From: Paracoccaceae bacterium
Lineage (GTDB): Bacteria; Pseudomonadota; Alphaproteobacteria; Rhodobacterales; Rhodobacteraceae
NCBI GenBank assembly: GCA_050633465.1
Contig: JBOEGO010000010.1
Location: 3,674-67,673 of the forward strand
Length of the DNA: 64,000 bases
Direction of reading: 5' to 3'
The position numbers were made by a program, and so were the translations under genes. Of this stretch, positions 43,058 to 54,026 are shown piece after piece. The first letter of the stretch is position 1; the number at the start of each line of letters is the position of its first letter. The notes beneath the pieces are model-generated. The model was not told the origin of the DNA, searched no databases, and saw only the letters and a program-made list of their open reading frames with translations.

Positions 43058-44404
43058 ATGTCGCAAAATCTGGAATCACTGGCCATGGCCCTGCTGGATG
43101 CGGCCAAAGCAGCGGGCGCGGATGCTGGCGATGCGATGGCGGTGCGCGGCACATCCACCATGATCGACGTGCGCGGCGGGGTATTGGAAAATGCCGAACG
43201 ATCCGAGGGGATCGACATTGGTTTGCGGGTGTTCCTGGGGCAGCGGCAGGCGAATGTTTCGTCATCCGACACGCGGCCCGAAACCCTGCGTATCATGGCG
43301 GAACGTGCGGTGACCATGGCCCGCGAAGCCCCCGAGGACCCCCATGCCGGATTGGCGGATCCGTCACAGATCACCCGCACCACCGATGCCGGCGGGCTGG
43401 AACTGTGCGACCCTACGGAGGCACCCGCCCCCGCCGATCTGGAGGAGGACGCACGCCGCGCCGAAGCCGCCGCATTGGAAGTGGCGGGCGTGACACAGGT
43501 GCAATCCGCCAGCGCAGGCTATGGCCAGAGCGAGGTATTTCTGGCCGCGACCAACGGGTTTGCGGGGGGGTATGCGCGCACGGACCGTTCCACATCCTGC
43601 GTGGCGATTGCGGGCACCGGCACGGGGATGGAGCGCGATTACGACGGCGACACCCGCATTTTTCAGGCCGATTTGCGCAGCCCCGAAGAAATCGGCCGCA
43701 ACGCAGCCGCCCGCACCATTGAACGGATCGGCGCGAAAAAGCCCAAAACAGGCGCCTATCCGGTGCTGTTTGACGAACGTATTGCGGCGTCATTGATCGG
43801 GCATTTGCTGGCGGCGGCCAATGGGGCGTCGATTGCGCGGGGCTCGTCGTGGTTGCTGGGCCATGAGGGCGATCAGGTGTTGCCCGATGGCATGTCATTG
43901 ATCGAAGACCCGCACCGCCCCCGCGTAGGCGGATCGCGCCCGTTTGACGCCGAAGGGCTGGCCACGCGCCGCCGCGCCATCGTGGATAATGGCGTTTTGA
44001 CGGGCTGGACCATGGACCTGTCATCCGCCCGCAAGCTGGGGCTGGACAGCACAGCCAACGCGGCGCGTGGCACATCGGCCCCGCCCGCGCCGTCCAACTG
44101 GAACGTATCGCTCAGCGCGGGCGACAAAACCCGCGATCAACTGCTGGCGGATATGGGCACGGGGCTGTTGGTGACATCCATGATCGGCGCGACGATCAAC
44201 CCCAACACCGGCGATTATTCACGCGGCGCGGCGGGGTTTTGGGTGGAAAACGGCGTGGCTGTGCATCCGGTCAATCAATGCACCATCGCGGGCAATCTGC
44301 GCGAGATGCTGATGCGGATCACCCCCGCCAATGACGCCCGCGGCTGGCTAAGCCGTGTGGTGCCGTCGCTGCTGGTCGAGGGGATGACGCTTGCCGGTGA
44401 ATGA
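43058..44404 (+). CDS. pmbA: TldD/PmbA family metalloprotease
   Basis: Start at MSQNLESLAM.... Conserved C-terminal GDYSRGAAGFWVENG. Confidence 0.85.
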   Translation: MSQNLESLAMALLDAAKAAGADAGDAMAVRGTSTMIDVRGGVLENAERSEGIDIGLRVFLGQRQANVSSSDTRPETLRIMAERAVTMAREAPEDPHAGLADPSQITRTTDAGGLELCDPTEAPAPADLEEDARRAEAAALEVAGVTQVQSASAGYGQSEVFLAATNGFAGGYARTDRSTSCVAIAGTGTGMERDYDGDTRIFQADLRSPEEIGRNAAARTIERIGAKKPKTGAYPVLFDERIAASLIGHLLAAANGASIARGSSWLLGHEGDQVLPDGMSLIEDPHRPRVGGSRPFDAEGLATRRRAIVDNGVLTGWTMDLSSARKLGLDSTANAARGTSAPPAPSNWNVSLSAGDKTRDQLLADMGTGLLVTSMIGATINPNTGDYSRGAAGFWVENGVAVHPVNQCTIAGNLREMLMRITPANDARGWLSRVVPSLLVEGMTLAGE

Positions 44405-45188
44405 CGCCCGCAGTGATATGGAGTTGCTGACCCGCGCCGCCCGCGCAGCGGGTGAAATTGCCATGCAATACAGTGGCGAAACCGCCAAAAGCTGGGACAA
44501 ACCGGGCCTTGGCCCCGTGACCGAGGCCGATCTGGCCGTGAACGACATGTTGATGGATATGTTGCGCGGGGCGCGGCCCGATTATGGCTGGTTATCCGAG
44601 GAGACCACAGACTCTGACGACCGATTGGGCAGTGAACGCCTGTTTATCATCGACCCGATTGACGGCACCCGCAGTTTCATGGCGGGGGAATCCACATGGG
44701 CGCATTCGCTGGCCATTGCCACCGGCGGGGTGATCACGGCGGCGGCGATTTTCCTGCCGATGAAGGACAGGTTATATGCGGCGGGTGCAGGTCTGGGCGC
44801 GACCAAAAACGGCGCGGTGATACGCGCATCGCGCCAGTCGGATCTGGACGGTGCGCGGATGCTGGCGGCGAAACCCGTTTACGAGGCACGCAACTGGCGT
44901 GACGGCGTGGTGCCTGCGGTGCGCAGGTCATACCGGCCATCGCTGGCCTATCGTTTGTCACTGGTCGCAGAGGGGCGGTATGACGCCATGCTGACCCTGC
45001 GCAAAAGCTGGGAATGGGACATCGCGGCGGGCGATCTGATCCTGCGCGAGGCGGGGGCGATAACATCGGATCGCAAGGGCGCGCCATTGCGGTTCAACAA
45101 CCCGCATCCGCAGGTGGACGGGGTGATTGCCGCCGCGCCGGGCCTGCATGGCGGGCTGTCACGCAGTCTGGCGTTTTGGCCCGATTAA
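44391..45188 (+). CDS. inositol monophosphatase / CysQ family protein
   Basis: IMPase motifs WLSEE, IDPIDGT and WDIAAG. Exact start uncertain (TTG/GTG/ATG options within the first 30 nt). Confidence 0.85.
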   Translation: MPVNDARSDMELLTRAARAAGEIAMQYSGETAKSWDKPGLGPVTEADLAVNDMLMDMLRGARPDYGWLSEETTDSDDRLGSERLFIIDPIDGTRSFMAGESTWAHSLAIATGGVITAAAIFLPMKDRLYAAGAGLGATKNGAVIRASRQSDLDGARMLAAKPVYEARNWRDGVVPAVRRSYRPSLAYRLSLVAEGRYDAMLTLRKSWEWDIAAGDLILREAGAITSDRKGAPLRFNNPHPQVDGVIAAAPGLHGGLSRSLAFWPD

Positions 45189-45310
45189 GGCCAGTGTGAC
45201 AGCACAGCGCAACGCATTATCCACCATTGCTGCAACCCCTGCTTGATGCTGCACCGCACACACCGTAGGTTCGCCCTGACATTTTCCGGTATCCCAAGGA
45301 GCCATTGACG

Positions 45311-45553
45311 ATGACGCAGCGACTTCACCTTGTATTCGGCGGCGAGCTGGTAGACCCGCAGGGGACCAAGTTCAAAGATCCTGACAATCTGGATATTCTG
45401 GGGATTTACCCGAATTATCAAAAGGCATTCGACGCCTGGAAAGCGGCGGCGCAGCGCACCGTCGACAACGCCCATATGCGGTATTTCATCGCCCATCTGC
45501 ACCGTTTGCGCGACGAAGAAACCGCCGCCTCATCGACCGAAGAACTGGATTGA
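45311..45553 (+). CDS. DUF4170 domain-containing protein
   Basis: About 80-aa ORF from ATG (MTQRLHLVFGGEL...), preceded by AAGGAG. Family call from memory. Confidence 0.65.
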   Translation: MTQRLHLVFGGELVDPQGTKFKDPDNLDILGIYPNYQKAFDAWKAAAQRTVDNAHMRYFIAHLHRLRDEETAASSTEELD

Positions 45554-45563
45554 TCCCTGACCC

Positions 45564-46784
45564 ATGGCGCGTTCGCTAAGCTATGCCGCATATCGGGCCC
45601 TTGCGCGGCGCACGCCCCATGATCCGCCTGATCTGACCACGCCGCGCCCTGATGGTGCGTTGATCTGGGGCCATGCCACCAGCGGGGCCGAAGCATCGGC
45701 GCTGGTGCAGCTGATGGCGCGGCTGTCGGCGTTGCGGTCGCGCACCCATATGTTGCTGACGCTGGGCGACGGGGTGGGCAAACCCGACCACATAAAACCC
45801 GACACCACGATTTTGCGCCCCGTGCCTGCCGAACACGAGGGCGCGATTGCTGCCTTTCTGGATCATTGGCGGCCCGATCTGTGCCTGTGGACGGGGGGGC
45901 ATTTGCGCCCTTTGCTGATTGATGCGGCGGGGGAGCGGGGCATTGCCATGCTGCTGATCGACGCCGAGGAGACGGCATTTGATGCGCCGCGCATGCGCTG
46001 GCTGCCCGATGTCGGGCGGCGCAGCATGGCGCGGTTTGAAACCGTGCTGGCCGCGTCGGCCAATGCGGCGCAGCGGGTTTTGAAGCTGGGCGTTGCGCCG
46101 GAACGGGTCACTGTGACCGGCCCCTTGCGCGAGGGCACGCCCGCCCTGCCCTGCAATGAACCCGAGCGCGAGGAACTGGCGCAATCCCTGACCGGACGCC
46201 CCGTGTGGCTGGCCGCGATGGTGCAGCCGGGCGAATTGGATACCATTCTAGAGGCGCATCGCGTATCCACCCGTGGCGCGCATCGCCAGTTGTTGATTTT
46301 GGTGCCGGATGATGAAACCGCAGGTGACGGGATCGCGGCGCAGATGGCCGCTGTCGGATTGCGGGTTGCGCAATGGTCGAACGGCGACTGGCCTGTCGAG
46401 GCAACGCAGGTGTTGCTGGCGGATACGCGGGGCGAAATGGGGCTGTGGTATCGCATTGCGCCGATCACATTCATGGGGTCGTCGCTGGTGCAGGGCCATG
46501 GCGGGCGCGACCCGTTTGAACCTGCGGCACTGGGGTCGGCCATTTTATACGGCCCGAATGTGGGGCGGTATTTGCCGGAATATTCCCGCCTTGCCAGCGC
46601 GGGGGCGGCGCGGATTGTCAAGGATGCCAATACATTAGCCGGGGCCATCACCCGCCTGTCGGCCCCCGATCAGGCCGCCACAATGGCCCATGCCGCATGG
46701 GAGGTCGCCAGCGCGGGCGCCGAGGTCACGGATCAGGTGTTGGACATGGTTCAGGACAAGCTGGACATGAGGGAGGCCGGATAA
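45564..46784 (+). CDS. waaA: 3-deoxy-D-manno-octulosonic acid (Kdo) transferase
   Basis: 406-aa GT30-like ORF immediately upstream of lpxK, with an ATAATG stop/start overlap. Confidence 0.82.
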   Translation: MARSLSYAAYRALARRTPHDPPDLTTPRPDGALIWGHATSGAEASALVQLMARLSALRSRTHMLLTLGDGVGKPDHIKPDTTILRPVPAEHEGAIAAFLDHWRPDLCLWTGGHLRPLLIDAAGERGIAMLLIDAEETAFDAPRMRWLPDVGRRSMARFETVLAASANAAQRVLKLGVAPERVTVTGPLREGTPALPCNEPEREELAQSLTGRPVWLAAMVQPGELDTILEAHRVSTRGAHRQLLILVPDDETAGDGIAAQMAAVGLRVAQWSNGDWPVEATQVLLADTRGEMGLWYRIAPITFMGSSLVQGHGGRDPFEPAALGSAILYGPNVGRYLPEYSRLASAGAARIVKDANTLAGAITRLSAPDQAATMAHAAWEVASAGAEVTDQVLDMVQDKLDMREAG

Positions 46785-47773
46785 TGCGCCCACCTGCGTT
46801 TTGGTTCACCCATCCCGCGCGGCCTGCATTGGCGGCGCGGTTGCTGGCGCCCTTGGGCCTGTTATACGCCCGCGCCACAGCGCGGCGGGTGGCGGCCGAG
46901 GGGGCGCATGTGGGCGTGCCGGTGATCTGCATCGGCAACCTGAACGCGGGCGGCACGGGCAAGACGCCAACCGCCATCGCGGTGATCGCCATGTTGCAGG
47001 ACATGGGCGTGGCGGCGCATGTGGTATCACGCGGCTATGGCGGGCGATTGGACGGACCGGTGCAGGTGGACCCCGCCAACCATAGCGCAGCAGATGTGGG
47101 TGACGAACCCCTGTTGCTGGCGGCATTCGCGCCGGTCTGGGTGGCGCGGGACCGCGCCGCAGGGGCGCGGGCGGCGGTGGCTGCGGGGGCGCAGGCGATT
47201 GTCATGGATGACGGGTTTCAGAACCCCGCGCTGCACCGCGACCTGTCGGTGATTGTGGTGGATGCGGCCAAGGGGTTTGGCAACGGGCGCTGTATGCCAG
47301 CGGGTCCGCTGCGCGAACCCGTGGTTGCGGGGCTGGCGCGGGGCGATTTGTTGTTATCCATCGGCGGGACGGCGGCGCAGGAACAATTCGCCACCGTATG
47401 GAATGGGGAAATAACCCTGCCCCATATCACTGCGCGGTTGGAACCGCTGCAAACCGGAATGGAATGGACGGGCACGCGGTTTCTGGCTTTTGCGGGCATT
47501 GGCCACCCTGAAAAATTCTTTGCCACGCTGCGCGGGTTGGGGGCCGATCTGGTGCGGGCCGAGGCGCTGGACGATCACCAGCCGCTGACCCCCGCCCTGA
47601 TGAAACGGCTGGAGGCCGAGGCGAAGCTGCGCCATGCGCAACTGGTCACTACCGAAAAGGACGCCGTGCGCCTGCCCGATGATTTTCGCATGAAGGTGCT
47701 GACCCTGCCCGTGCGGTTGGAGATCACGGATGCAGGGCCGCTGCGCGCGGCATTGGCGCGGGTTCTGACCTAG
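46784..47773 (+). CDS. lpxK: tetraacyldisaccharide 4'-kinase
   Basis: Start at MRPPAFWF.... P-loop [12 protein letters not shown] and DDGFQN motif. Confidence 0.9.
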   Translation: MRPPAFWFTHPARPALAARLLAPLGLLYARATARRVAAEGAHVGVPVICIGNLNAGGTGKTPTAIAVIAMLQDMGVAAHVVSRGYGGRLDGPVQVDPANHSAADVGDEPLLLAAFAPVWVARDRAAGARAAVAAGAQAIVMDDGFQNPALHRDLSVIVVDAAKGFGNGRCMPAGPLREPVVAGLARGDLLLSIGGTAAQEQFATVWNGEITLPHITARLEPLQTGMEWTGTRFLAFAGIGHPEKFFATLRGLGADLVRAEALDDHQPLTPALMKRLEAEAKLRHAQLVTTEKDAVRLPDDFRMKVLTLPVRLEITDAGPLRAALARVLT

Positions 47774-48879
47774 TTATCCGCGCCCAGTTTCGGTGACGGG
47801 GAGGTCAGGTTCAGATCTGCATCGGAAAATTTGAACGGCGAGCGCACGCCCGGCACGCCATCCAGATCAATGCGCATCCCGCGCGCGATCACCTGCGGGT
47901 CTGCGTATACCTCGGACAGGTCATTGATGGGACCGGCGGGAATGCCGTGATCCTCGCAGCCCTGCAACAGGTCGGATTTGGGCATCTGGCGCGTCTTGGC
48001 CGACAACAGGTCGATCATCACAACACGGTTGGCGACACGGTCGGCATTTTTCACAAAACGCGCATCGGTGATCATGTGATCCAGCCCCAGCAGAGTGCAA
48101 AGCCGTTGATATTGCCCGTCATTTCCGGTTGCGATGATGATATGGCCATCGGCGCAATCGAACACCTGATAGGGGGCCAGATTGGGGTGGTAATTGCCCG
48201 TGCGCCCCGGCGGGGTGCCGGTGGACAGATAGTTCATCGACTGGTTCACGGTGACAGCCACGGCGCAATCCAGCAGCGCCATATCAATGTGCTGCCCGCG
48301 CCCTGTGCTGTGGCGCTGGTTGACGGCGGCCAGAATGGCGGTGGCGGAATATAGCCCCGTGAACAGGTCCGTCACCGCAACGCCTGCGCGCTGCGGCTGG
48401 CCGTCGGGTTCGCCCGTGATCGACATCAGGCCCGACATGCCCTGAATGATGTAATCGTATCCGGCGCGTTTGGCATAGGGGCCATCCTGCCCGAACCCCG
48501 TGACCGAACAGTAAATCAGGCGCGGATTGACGGCAGAGAGGCTGGCGTAATCCAACCCGTATTTCGCCAGTCCTCCGACCTTGAAATTTTCGATCAGGAT
48601 ATCGGCGTCGCGCACCAGATCGCGCACCTGTTCCTGACCCTCGGCCGTGCGCAAATCAATTGTCACCGATTTTTTGCCACGGTTGCAGGAATGAAAATAC
48701 GCCGCCGTATGGTCATCGCCACGATCAATGAACGGTGGCCCCCATTGGCGGGTGTCATCGCCATCGGGGCTTTCGATCTTGATCACCTCGGCGCCCAGAT
48801 CGGACAGGGTTTGACCGGCAAAGGGGCCAGCCAGAATGCGGGCCAGTTCAACGACCTTTAGGCCAGACAGCGGCGTCAT
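47770..48879 (-). CDS. CaiB/BaiF family CoA transferase (family III)
   Basis: 369-aa ORF: [31 protein letters not shown].... Confidence 0.88.
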   Translation of the reverse strand: MTPLSGLKVVELARILAGPFAGQTLSDLGAEVIKIESPDGDDTRQWGPPFIDRGDDHTAAYFHSCNRGKKSVTIDLRTAEGQEQVRDLVRDADILIENFKVGGLAKYGLDYASLSAVNPRLIYCSVTGFGQDGPYAKRAGYDYIIQGMSGLMSITGEPDGQPQRAGVAVTDLFTGLYSATAILAAVNQRHSTGRGQHIDMALLDCAVAVTVNQSMNYLSTGTPPGRTGNYHPNLAPYQVFDCADGHIIIATGNDGQYQRLCTLLGLDHMITDARFVKNADRVANRVVMIDLLSAKTRQMPKSDLLQGCEDHGIPAGPINDLSEVYADPQVIARGMRIDLDGVPGVRSPFKFSDADLNLTSPSPKLGADN

Positions 48880-48881
48880 AT

Positions 48882-49541
48882 TCAGCCTTCCAGCTTTTTA
48901 TCAAGGATCGCTTTCAGGTCGGGGTAGCTCATGTTCGAAAACTTTTCGCCGTCAATCAGCAGCGAGGGGGTGCTGTCGATCTGATCGGCATCGGCGTTTT
49001 TCTGGAACCATGCATATAGTTCCTGCGCCTTGTCGCTGTCGGTCAGGCAGGATTCCAGTTTGTCATTGTCCAGCCCCGCAACGCGGCCCAGTTTGCGCAG
49101 GTTTTCGGCAATCGCGGCACCGTCACCGCCGCCGACCCAATCCTTTTGCCCGTCAAACAACATTCCCGCGATGCCAAAGAAACGGTTGGGATCGCAGCGC
49201 GCCACCAGCGACGCCCATAGGCCCGGACGGTCGAAATAGACATCGCGGTAGGTGAACAGCACCTTGCCCGTGTCGATATATTCGGCCTTGAGCTGTTTGA
49301 ACACATTCTGGTGGAAGGTCGCGCAATGCGGGCAGGTGAAGGAGGCGTATTCCGTCATCATAATCGGGGCATCCGCCGCGCCGATCTGCATTTCCATGAT
49401 GCCGGAGGTGTCTGTCGCTGCGGCTTCCTCGGCATTCAGGGCCAGCGCGGGCAGGTCATCGCCGCCGCGTTGGGTCAACCAAAATCCACCAAAGGCGGCC
49501 AGACCAGCCGCGCCTGCGACCATGAAATCTCTGCGGTTCAT
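48882..49541 (-). CDS. DsbA family thiol:disulfide oxidoreductase
   Basis: Start at MNRRDFMVAGAAGLAAFGG (Tat-like signal). CPHC active site. Confidence 0.82.
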   Translation of the reverse strand: MNRRDFMVAGAAGLAAFGGFWLTQRGGDDLPALALNAEEAAATDTSGIMEMQIGAADAPIMMTEYASFTCPHCATFHQNVFKQLKAEYIDTGKVLFTYRDVYFDRPGLWASLVARCDPNRFFGIAGMLFDGQKDWVGGGDGAAIAENLRKLGRVAGLDNDKLESCLTDSDKAQELYAWFQKNADADQIDSTPSLLIDGEKFSNMSYPDLKAILDKKLEG

Positions 49542-49557
49542 CGGGTGATGTCCTTTT

Positions 49558-50064
49558 CTATCGTTTCGCCTTGGATAATACGTTCTTGCCCAGCCTTTCA
49601 AGCGCCGCCCTGAGCGATTCATCCTGTGCGCCCTGTGCAGCATCACGCGCCGCCCCGTCGATCACGGGATCGTGTGCGGGTTGCGCCGGTTTCGGGCGAT
49701 GGGCAAATGCCACCTGCCCCTCGGCAAATCCGGTGGCGGCGGTTTGGGTGATGCGGATGCGGGCGATGGCGTTATAGCCGTAAACCGCGTTCACCTTTTC
49801 GCGCAGCTGTTCCTTTTGCATTTCCAGCATCGGGGCGTTTGCGCCTGTGGTCAGCAGGGTCAGCGTGGCGCCAAACCCCTGTCTGTTATATTTCACATCC
49901 ACAGGGCGGGCGATGGCGGCGGTGGTTTCGCCCGCGATTTCGGGCCAGTGGGTCAGCAGGCGCGACACGGCAAAGCCACGCGATTCGCCGACCTGACGAA
50001 TTTGCCCTTCGAGCAGTTGCGAGGTGCGTTTGAACCCGCGAAATTTGCCCTGCCGCGTGGCCAT
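49558..50064 (-). CDS. DUF721 (DciA-like) domain-containing protein
   Basis: Start at MATRQGKFRGFKR.... WPEIAGE signature. Divergent from mutY, as in many alphaproteobacteria. Confidence 0.72.
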   Translation of the reverse strand: MATRQGKFRGFKRTSQLLEGQIRQVGESRGFAVSRLLTHWPEIAGETTAAIARPVDVKYNRQGFGATLTLLTTGANAPMLEMQKEQLREKVNAVYGYNAIARIRITQTAATGFAEGQVAFAHRPKPAQPAHDPVIDGAARDAAQGAQDESLRAALERLGKNVLSKAKR

Positions 50065-50146
50065 GGGTTGCTTCCTTTTGTTTCGCGCTATTGTAATGGC
50101 GCGTGGCGCTGATACCAGCAAATTGCCCGCTGACGGAGGATAAACA

Positions 50147-51220
50147 TTGCGTGACGGTGAACGGCCCGAGGCAGGCGTGCTGCTGGATTGGTACGATGCC
50201 CATGCGCGGGTGATGCCCTGGCGGGTGGGGCCGGATGACCGGCGTGCGGGTTTGCGGCCCGATCCCTACCGCATCTGGCTGTCCGAGGTGATGTTGCAGC
50301 AAACCACCGTCGCCGCCGTGCGCGATTATTTTCACCGGTTTACCGCACGTTGGCCCACGGTGAACGATCTGGCCGCCGCCGATGATGGCGATGTGATGGG
50401 CGAATGGGCGGGGCTGGGGTATTATGCCCGCGCCCGCAACCTGTTGAAATGCGCCCGCGCCGTGGTGGCAGATCATGGCGGGGTATTTCCCGAAACGCGC
50501 GAGGGGTTGATGGCCCTGCCCGGCATCGGCCCCTATACGGCCGGGGCGGTCGCGGCGATTGCGTTTGACCGCCCCGAGGTGGTGGTGGATGGCAATGTCG
50601 AACGGGTGATGGCGCGGCTGTTTGATGTGCAAACCCCCCTGCCCGCCGCCAAGGGAGAGTTGACCGAACTGGCGCGGGCGCTGACGCCCGATGCGCGACC
50701 GGGCGATTACGCGCAGGCGGTGATGGATCTGGGCGCGACGATCTGCACCCCGAAATCACCGGCCTGCGGGATTTGCCCTTGGATGGGTGATTGCATGGCG
50801 CGGGTGCGTGGCACGGCGGCGGAATTGCCGAAAAAGACCCCGAAAAAGCCCAAACCCGTGCGGGCGGGCATTGCCTATGTCGCCATGCGCAAGGACGGAG
50901 CGATGCTGCTGGAACGGCGCATTGATAGCGGGCTATTGGGTGGCATGTTGGGCTGGCCCGGCAGCGCATGGAATTCCAACACGGATGATACGGCCCCCTG
51001 CCCGCCCGTTGCGGCCAATTGGGTGGATGCAGGGGCCGAGGCGCGCCACACCTTTACCCATTTCCATTTGCGTCTGACCATATACGCGGCAATTCTGCCC
51101 ATGGACGCCGCGCCCGAAAGGGGGCATTTTCTGCCCCAGTCGCAGTTCCGGCCATCGGACCTGCCCACGGTGATGCGAAAGGCCTATGATCTGGCACGGG
51201 GTCATTTCGCGCAGGAGTAA
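50147..51220 (+). CDS. mutY: A/G-specific adenine DNA glycosylase
   Basis: HhH-GPD region (LPGIGPYTAGAVAAIAF), 4Fe-4S Cys cluster (C..C..C.....C) and a NUDIX-like C-domain. Confidence 0.9.
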   Translation: MRDGERPEAGVLLDWYDAHARVMPWRVGPDDRRAGLRPDPYRIWLSEVMLQQTTVAAVRDYFHRFTARWPTVNDLAAADDGDVMGEWAGLGYYARARNLLKCARAVVADHGGVFPETREGLMALPGIGPYTAGAVAAIAFDRPEVVVDGNVERVMARLFDVQTPLPAAKGELTELARALTPDARPGDYAQAVMDLGATICTPKSPACGICPWMGDCMARVRGTAAELPKKTPKKPKPVRAGIAYVAMRKDGAMLLERRIDSGLLGGMLGWPGSAWNSNTDDTAPCPPVAANWVDAGAEARHTFTHFHLRLTIYAAILPMDAAPERGHFLPQSQFRPSDLPTVMRKAYDLARGHFAQE

Positions 51221-51226
51221 ACGCCC

Positions 51227-52363
51227 ATGATCCCAGCGAAACATTTGGCCCGTTTTCGCAATGCCGCGCCGTTCTGGTTGTCGCTGTCGTTGATTCCGAT
51301 GGCATGGGTGGGGGCGATTTATGGCGGTTGGTGGCTGGCGCTGCTGCCGCTATCAGCATGGTGGTTGTTTACCCTGCTGGATGCGCTGACCGGGCTGAAT
51401 TTGGAAAATGGCGATCCCGAAACCGGCGACGATGACCTGTTCTGGTATCGCGCCATCACCATGCTGTGGTTTCCGGTGCAGTTTGCCACCATCTATGGGT
51501 TGATCTGGTATGTGACGCGCAGCGACCACCTGTCAGGGTTTGAAATGCTGGTGCTGTTTTTCGGGGTCGGGGTGATTTCGGGCACTGTTGGCATCGTCTA
51601 TAGCCACGAATTATTGCATCAAAAGAACAAGTTGGAACGATGGCTGGGGGATTTATTGCTGGCCAGCGTGCTGTATTCGCATTTCAGGTCGGAACATTTG
51701 CTGGTGCATCACCGCCATGTCGCAACCCCCCGCGATGCGGTGACTGCGCGCTATAACGAAGGGTTTCACCGCTTTTTCATCAGGGTGATGCGCGAATGCC
51801 CCGTTTCGGCATGGGAGGCAGAGGCGGCGATGCTGGCGCGACGCGGATCGGGGGCGTTTGCCCTGCGCAATCCGTTCTGGCGTTATGCCGCGCTGCAACT
51901 GGCGGCGGTTGTATTGGCGATCTGGATTGGCGGATTTTTGGGGCTGGTGCTGTTTTTGGTGCAGGCGCTGTCAGCGATATGGCAACTGGAGCTGACCAAT
52001 TATGTGGAACATTACGGGCTGACGCGCGAACATCTGGGCGATGGCAGATATGAACACGTCAAACCGCATCACAGCTGGAACGCGGCGCATCGTGCGACCA
52101 ATTGGTTGCTGATCAACCTGCAACGCCATTCGGACCATCATTACAAACCCGACCGGCGGTTCCCGTTGTTGCAGAATTATCAGGCGGACGAGGCACCACA
52201 ATTGCCGTTCGGTTACCCGTTGATGGCGGCGGCGGCAATGCTGCCCCCGCTTTGGCGGCGCTGGATGAACCCCAAGGTGCGGGCATGGCGGCGGCAGTAT
52301 TACCCCGAAATCACCGATTGGACGCCCTATAAGAACGGCGATTTGCCCCTGCCACGGTTGTAA
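51227..52363 (+). CDS. alkB: alkane 1-monooxygenase-like membrane di-iron hydroxylase
   Basis: Histidine boxes HELLHQ, EHLLVHH, NYVEHYGL and LQRHSDHH. Multi-TM N-terminus. Confidence 0.82.
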   Translation: MIPAKHLARFRNAAPFWLSLSLIPMAWVGAIYGGWWLALLPLSAWWLFTLLDALTGLNLENGDPETGDDDLFWYRAITMLWFPVQFATIYGLIWYVTRSDHLSGFEMLVLFFGVGVISGTVGIVYSHELLHQKNKLERWLGDLLLASVLYSHFRSEHLLVHHRHVATPRDAVTARYNEGFHRFFIRVMRECPVSAWEAEAAMLARRGSGAFALRNPFWRYAALQLAAVVLAIWIGGFLGLVLFLVQALSAIWQLELTNYVEHYGLTREHLGDGRYEHVKPHHSWNAAHRATNWLLINLQRHSDHHYKPDRRFPLLQNYQADEAPQLPFGYPLMAAAAMLPPLWRRWMNPKVRAWRRQYYPEITDWTPYKNGDLPLPRL

Positions 52364-52411
52364 CCGCCGCAGCGCTCCGGCCAGGCCCGGGGCCGGATTG
52401 GCTGCCCGGCC

Positions 52412-53896
52412 CTACTCGGCGGCAATGGGCGGTTGCTGATCAAATTCCTGATCGCTGCCATGATCGCCATCCTGCGGACCATCGGTGCCAGAGAGGTAAA
52501 ACTGGCCTAACCTGTCGGCAATGGCGTCAGAGCGGCTGCGCATCAGGTGCGAGGAGGTGTTCACCTCTGCTGCGATGCCGGCGTTGGCCTGCGTTTCGGT
52601 TTCCAGATCGGCCATGCCTTTGTTCACCGATTGCATGGTCATCGCCTGATCCTTGGTCACACCGGCGATGTCCGAGACGAGGTTGGACACCTGCCCGACA
52701 TGGGTCAGGATTTCGGTCAGGGTGACGCCCGTGCGCCCGACCAGAACGGAACCCTGTTCGACATGGCCGCTGCTTTCTTCGATCAGGGAGCGGATTTCCT
52801 TGGCCGAGGAGGAGGCGCGGGCGGCGAGTTCGCGCACCTCGGTTGCGACCACGGCGAAACCGCGCCCTGCTTCGCCTGCGCGGGCGGCTTCGACCCCGGC
52901 ATTCAGCGCCAAAAGGTTGGTTTGAAATGATATATCGTCGATCACATCGACAATTTGCCCGATCTGGGTCGAGGAGGATTCGATGCGTTGCATCGCCTCT
53001 TGGGTTTCGCGCACCACATCGGCGCCCATTTCAGCCTCGCGGCGGTTGGATTCGGATGCGTCCTGTGCGCTTTGCGCCAGTTCGGCAGAGCCGCGCACCG
53101 TGCGCTCCAGTTCGTGCAGGGCGGCGACGGACTCTTCTAATGTGGCGGTCTGGCGTTCGCTGCGTTCGGCCAGTTCATCGGCGCGGGCGTTTACCTCGGC
53201 TGCGGTGGCACCGGCCTGTTTGGCGCTGTTGCCCATGTCACCAATCACCTGTGACAGCCGCGCGCGCAGCCCGTCATAGCTGCTTTCCAGGCGGTCGAAC
53301 CAGGGGGGCATCGGCGCGCCGCCGCCCAGAACATAGGTCAGGTCATCACGCGACATTTTGTCGATGCCTTTGGACATTTCGGAAAATGCCTGAATGCGCT
53401 CTAATTCTTGTTCGTGGAAAAATGCGCTCATCACCAGTTCTGTATCCAGTGAAATGGCCGACTGGATCACGTTCATCACCTTGATCATGGAGTTCGCCCG
53501 CGAGAACCCCAAACGGCCTGTCATGCGCCGCACCATCATGGCCTGAATGGCGGCGCTTACCTTGGAATAGGCCGACATATAATCGACAAAGGGCAATGAA
53601 ATCCGGAAATGCACCTTGCCGATGCGCGCGGTCGAGGCGACGTAATCATCATCGAAACGGCCACTGAACAGGCGTTCCCAATGGTCGAATTGTCGGGCGC
53701 GGGCATGGGTGACCAGATCGGGATTTTCAAAATAGGCGGCGGTTTGCGGTGCGGCCATGATACCGGCATAGAAATCATCAAACACCGGACCGATATTGGG
53801 GCCGATATATTTCCACATCTGCGCAAGGCTGGCGCGTTCATCGTCGCCTATGCCAAAGGCGTCGAGCGTGGCCTGAATGTCCCGTTCGTTATGCAT
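52412..53896 (-). CDS. globin-coupled methyl-accepting chemotaxis protein (HemAT-like)
   Basis: Start at MHNERDIQ.... N-terminal sensor-globin-like region (KVHFRISLPFVDYMSAY), no TM segments, and a C-terminal MCP signalling domain (LNAGVEAARAGEAGRGFAVVATEVR). Confidence 0.8.
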   Translation of the reverse strand: MHNERDIQATLDAFGIGDDERASLAQMWKYIGPNIGPVFDDFYAGIMAAPQTAAYFENPDLVTHARARQFDHWERLFSGRFDDDYVASTARIGKVHFRISLPFVDYMSAYSKVSAAIQAMMVRRMTGRLGFSRANSMIKVMNVIQSAISLDTELVMSAFFHEQELERIQAFSEMSKGIDKMSRDDLTYVLGGGAPMPPWFDRLESSYDGLRARLSQVIGDMGNSAKQAGATAAEVNARADELAERSERQTATLEESVAALHELERTVRGSAELAQSAQDASESNRREAEMGADVVRETQEAMQRIESSSTQIGQIVDVIDDISFQTNLLALNAGVEAARAGEAGRGFAVVATEVRELAARASSSAKEIRSLIEESSGHVEQGSVLVGRTGVTLTEILTHVGQVSNLVSDIAGVTKDQAMTMQSVNKGMADLETETQANAGIAAEVNTSSHLMRSRSDAIADRLGQFYLSGTDGPQDGDHGSDQEFDQQPPIAAE

Positions 53897-53994
53897 TGCC
53901 GGTCTCCTGCGTTGCGCGATTTCACGCGGGATGAAGCAGCAAAACAATTGCCTGCGGGTTAATCCGCCCTGACCATTTCGTTTCAATTCAACAC

Positions 53995-54026
53995 AAAAAG
54001 ACCCCGCCCAATGAAGGGCGGGGCAA
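53995..54026 (-). terminator. rho-independent terminator downstream of ccrM
   Basis: The minus strand reads GCCCCGCCC-ttcatt-GGGCGGGGTCTTTTT, about 100 nt after the ccrM stop. Confidence 0.65.

Noticed and set aside
52848-52922. A ~75-nt segment nearly identical in translation to 60664-60738. Both antisense ORFs read TTAKPRPASPARAASTPAFSAKRLV.
   Set aside because: It is explained by the highly conserved hairpin-tip signalling motif shared by the two MCP genes. It is not a mobile repeat.
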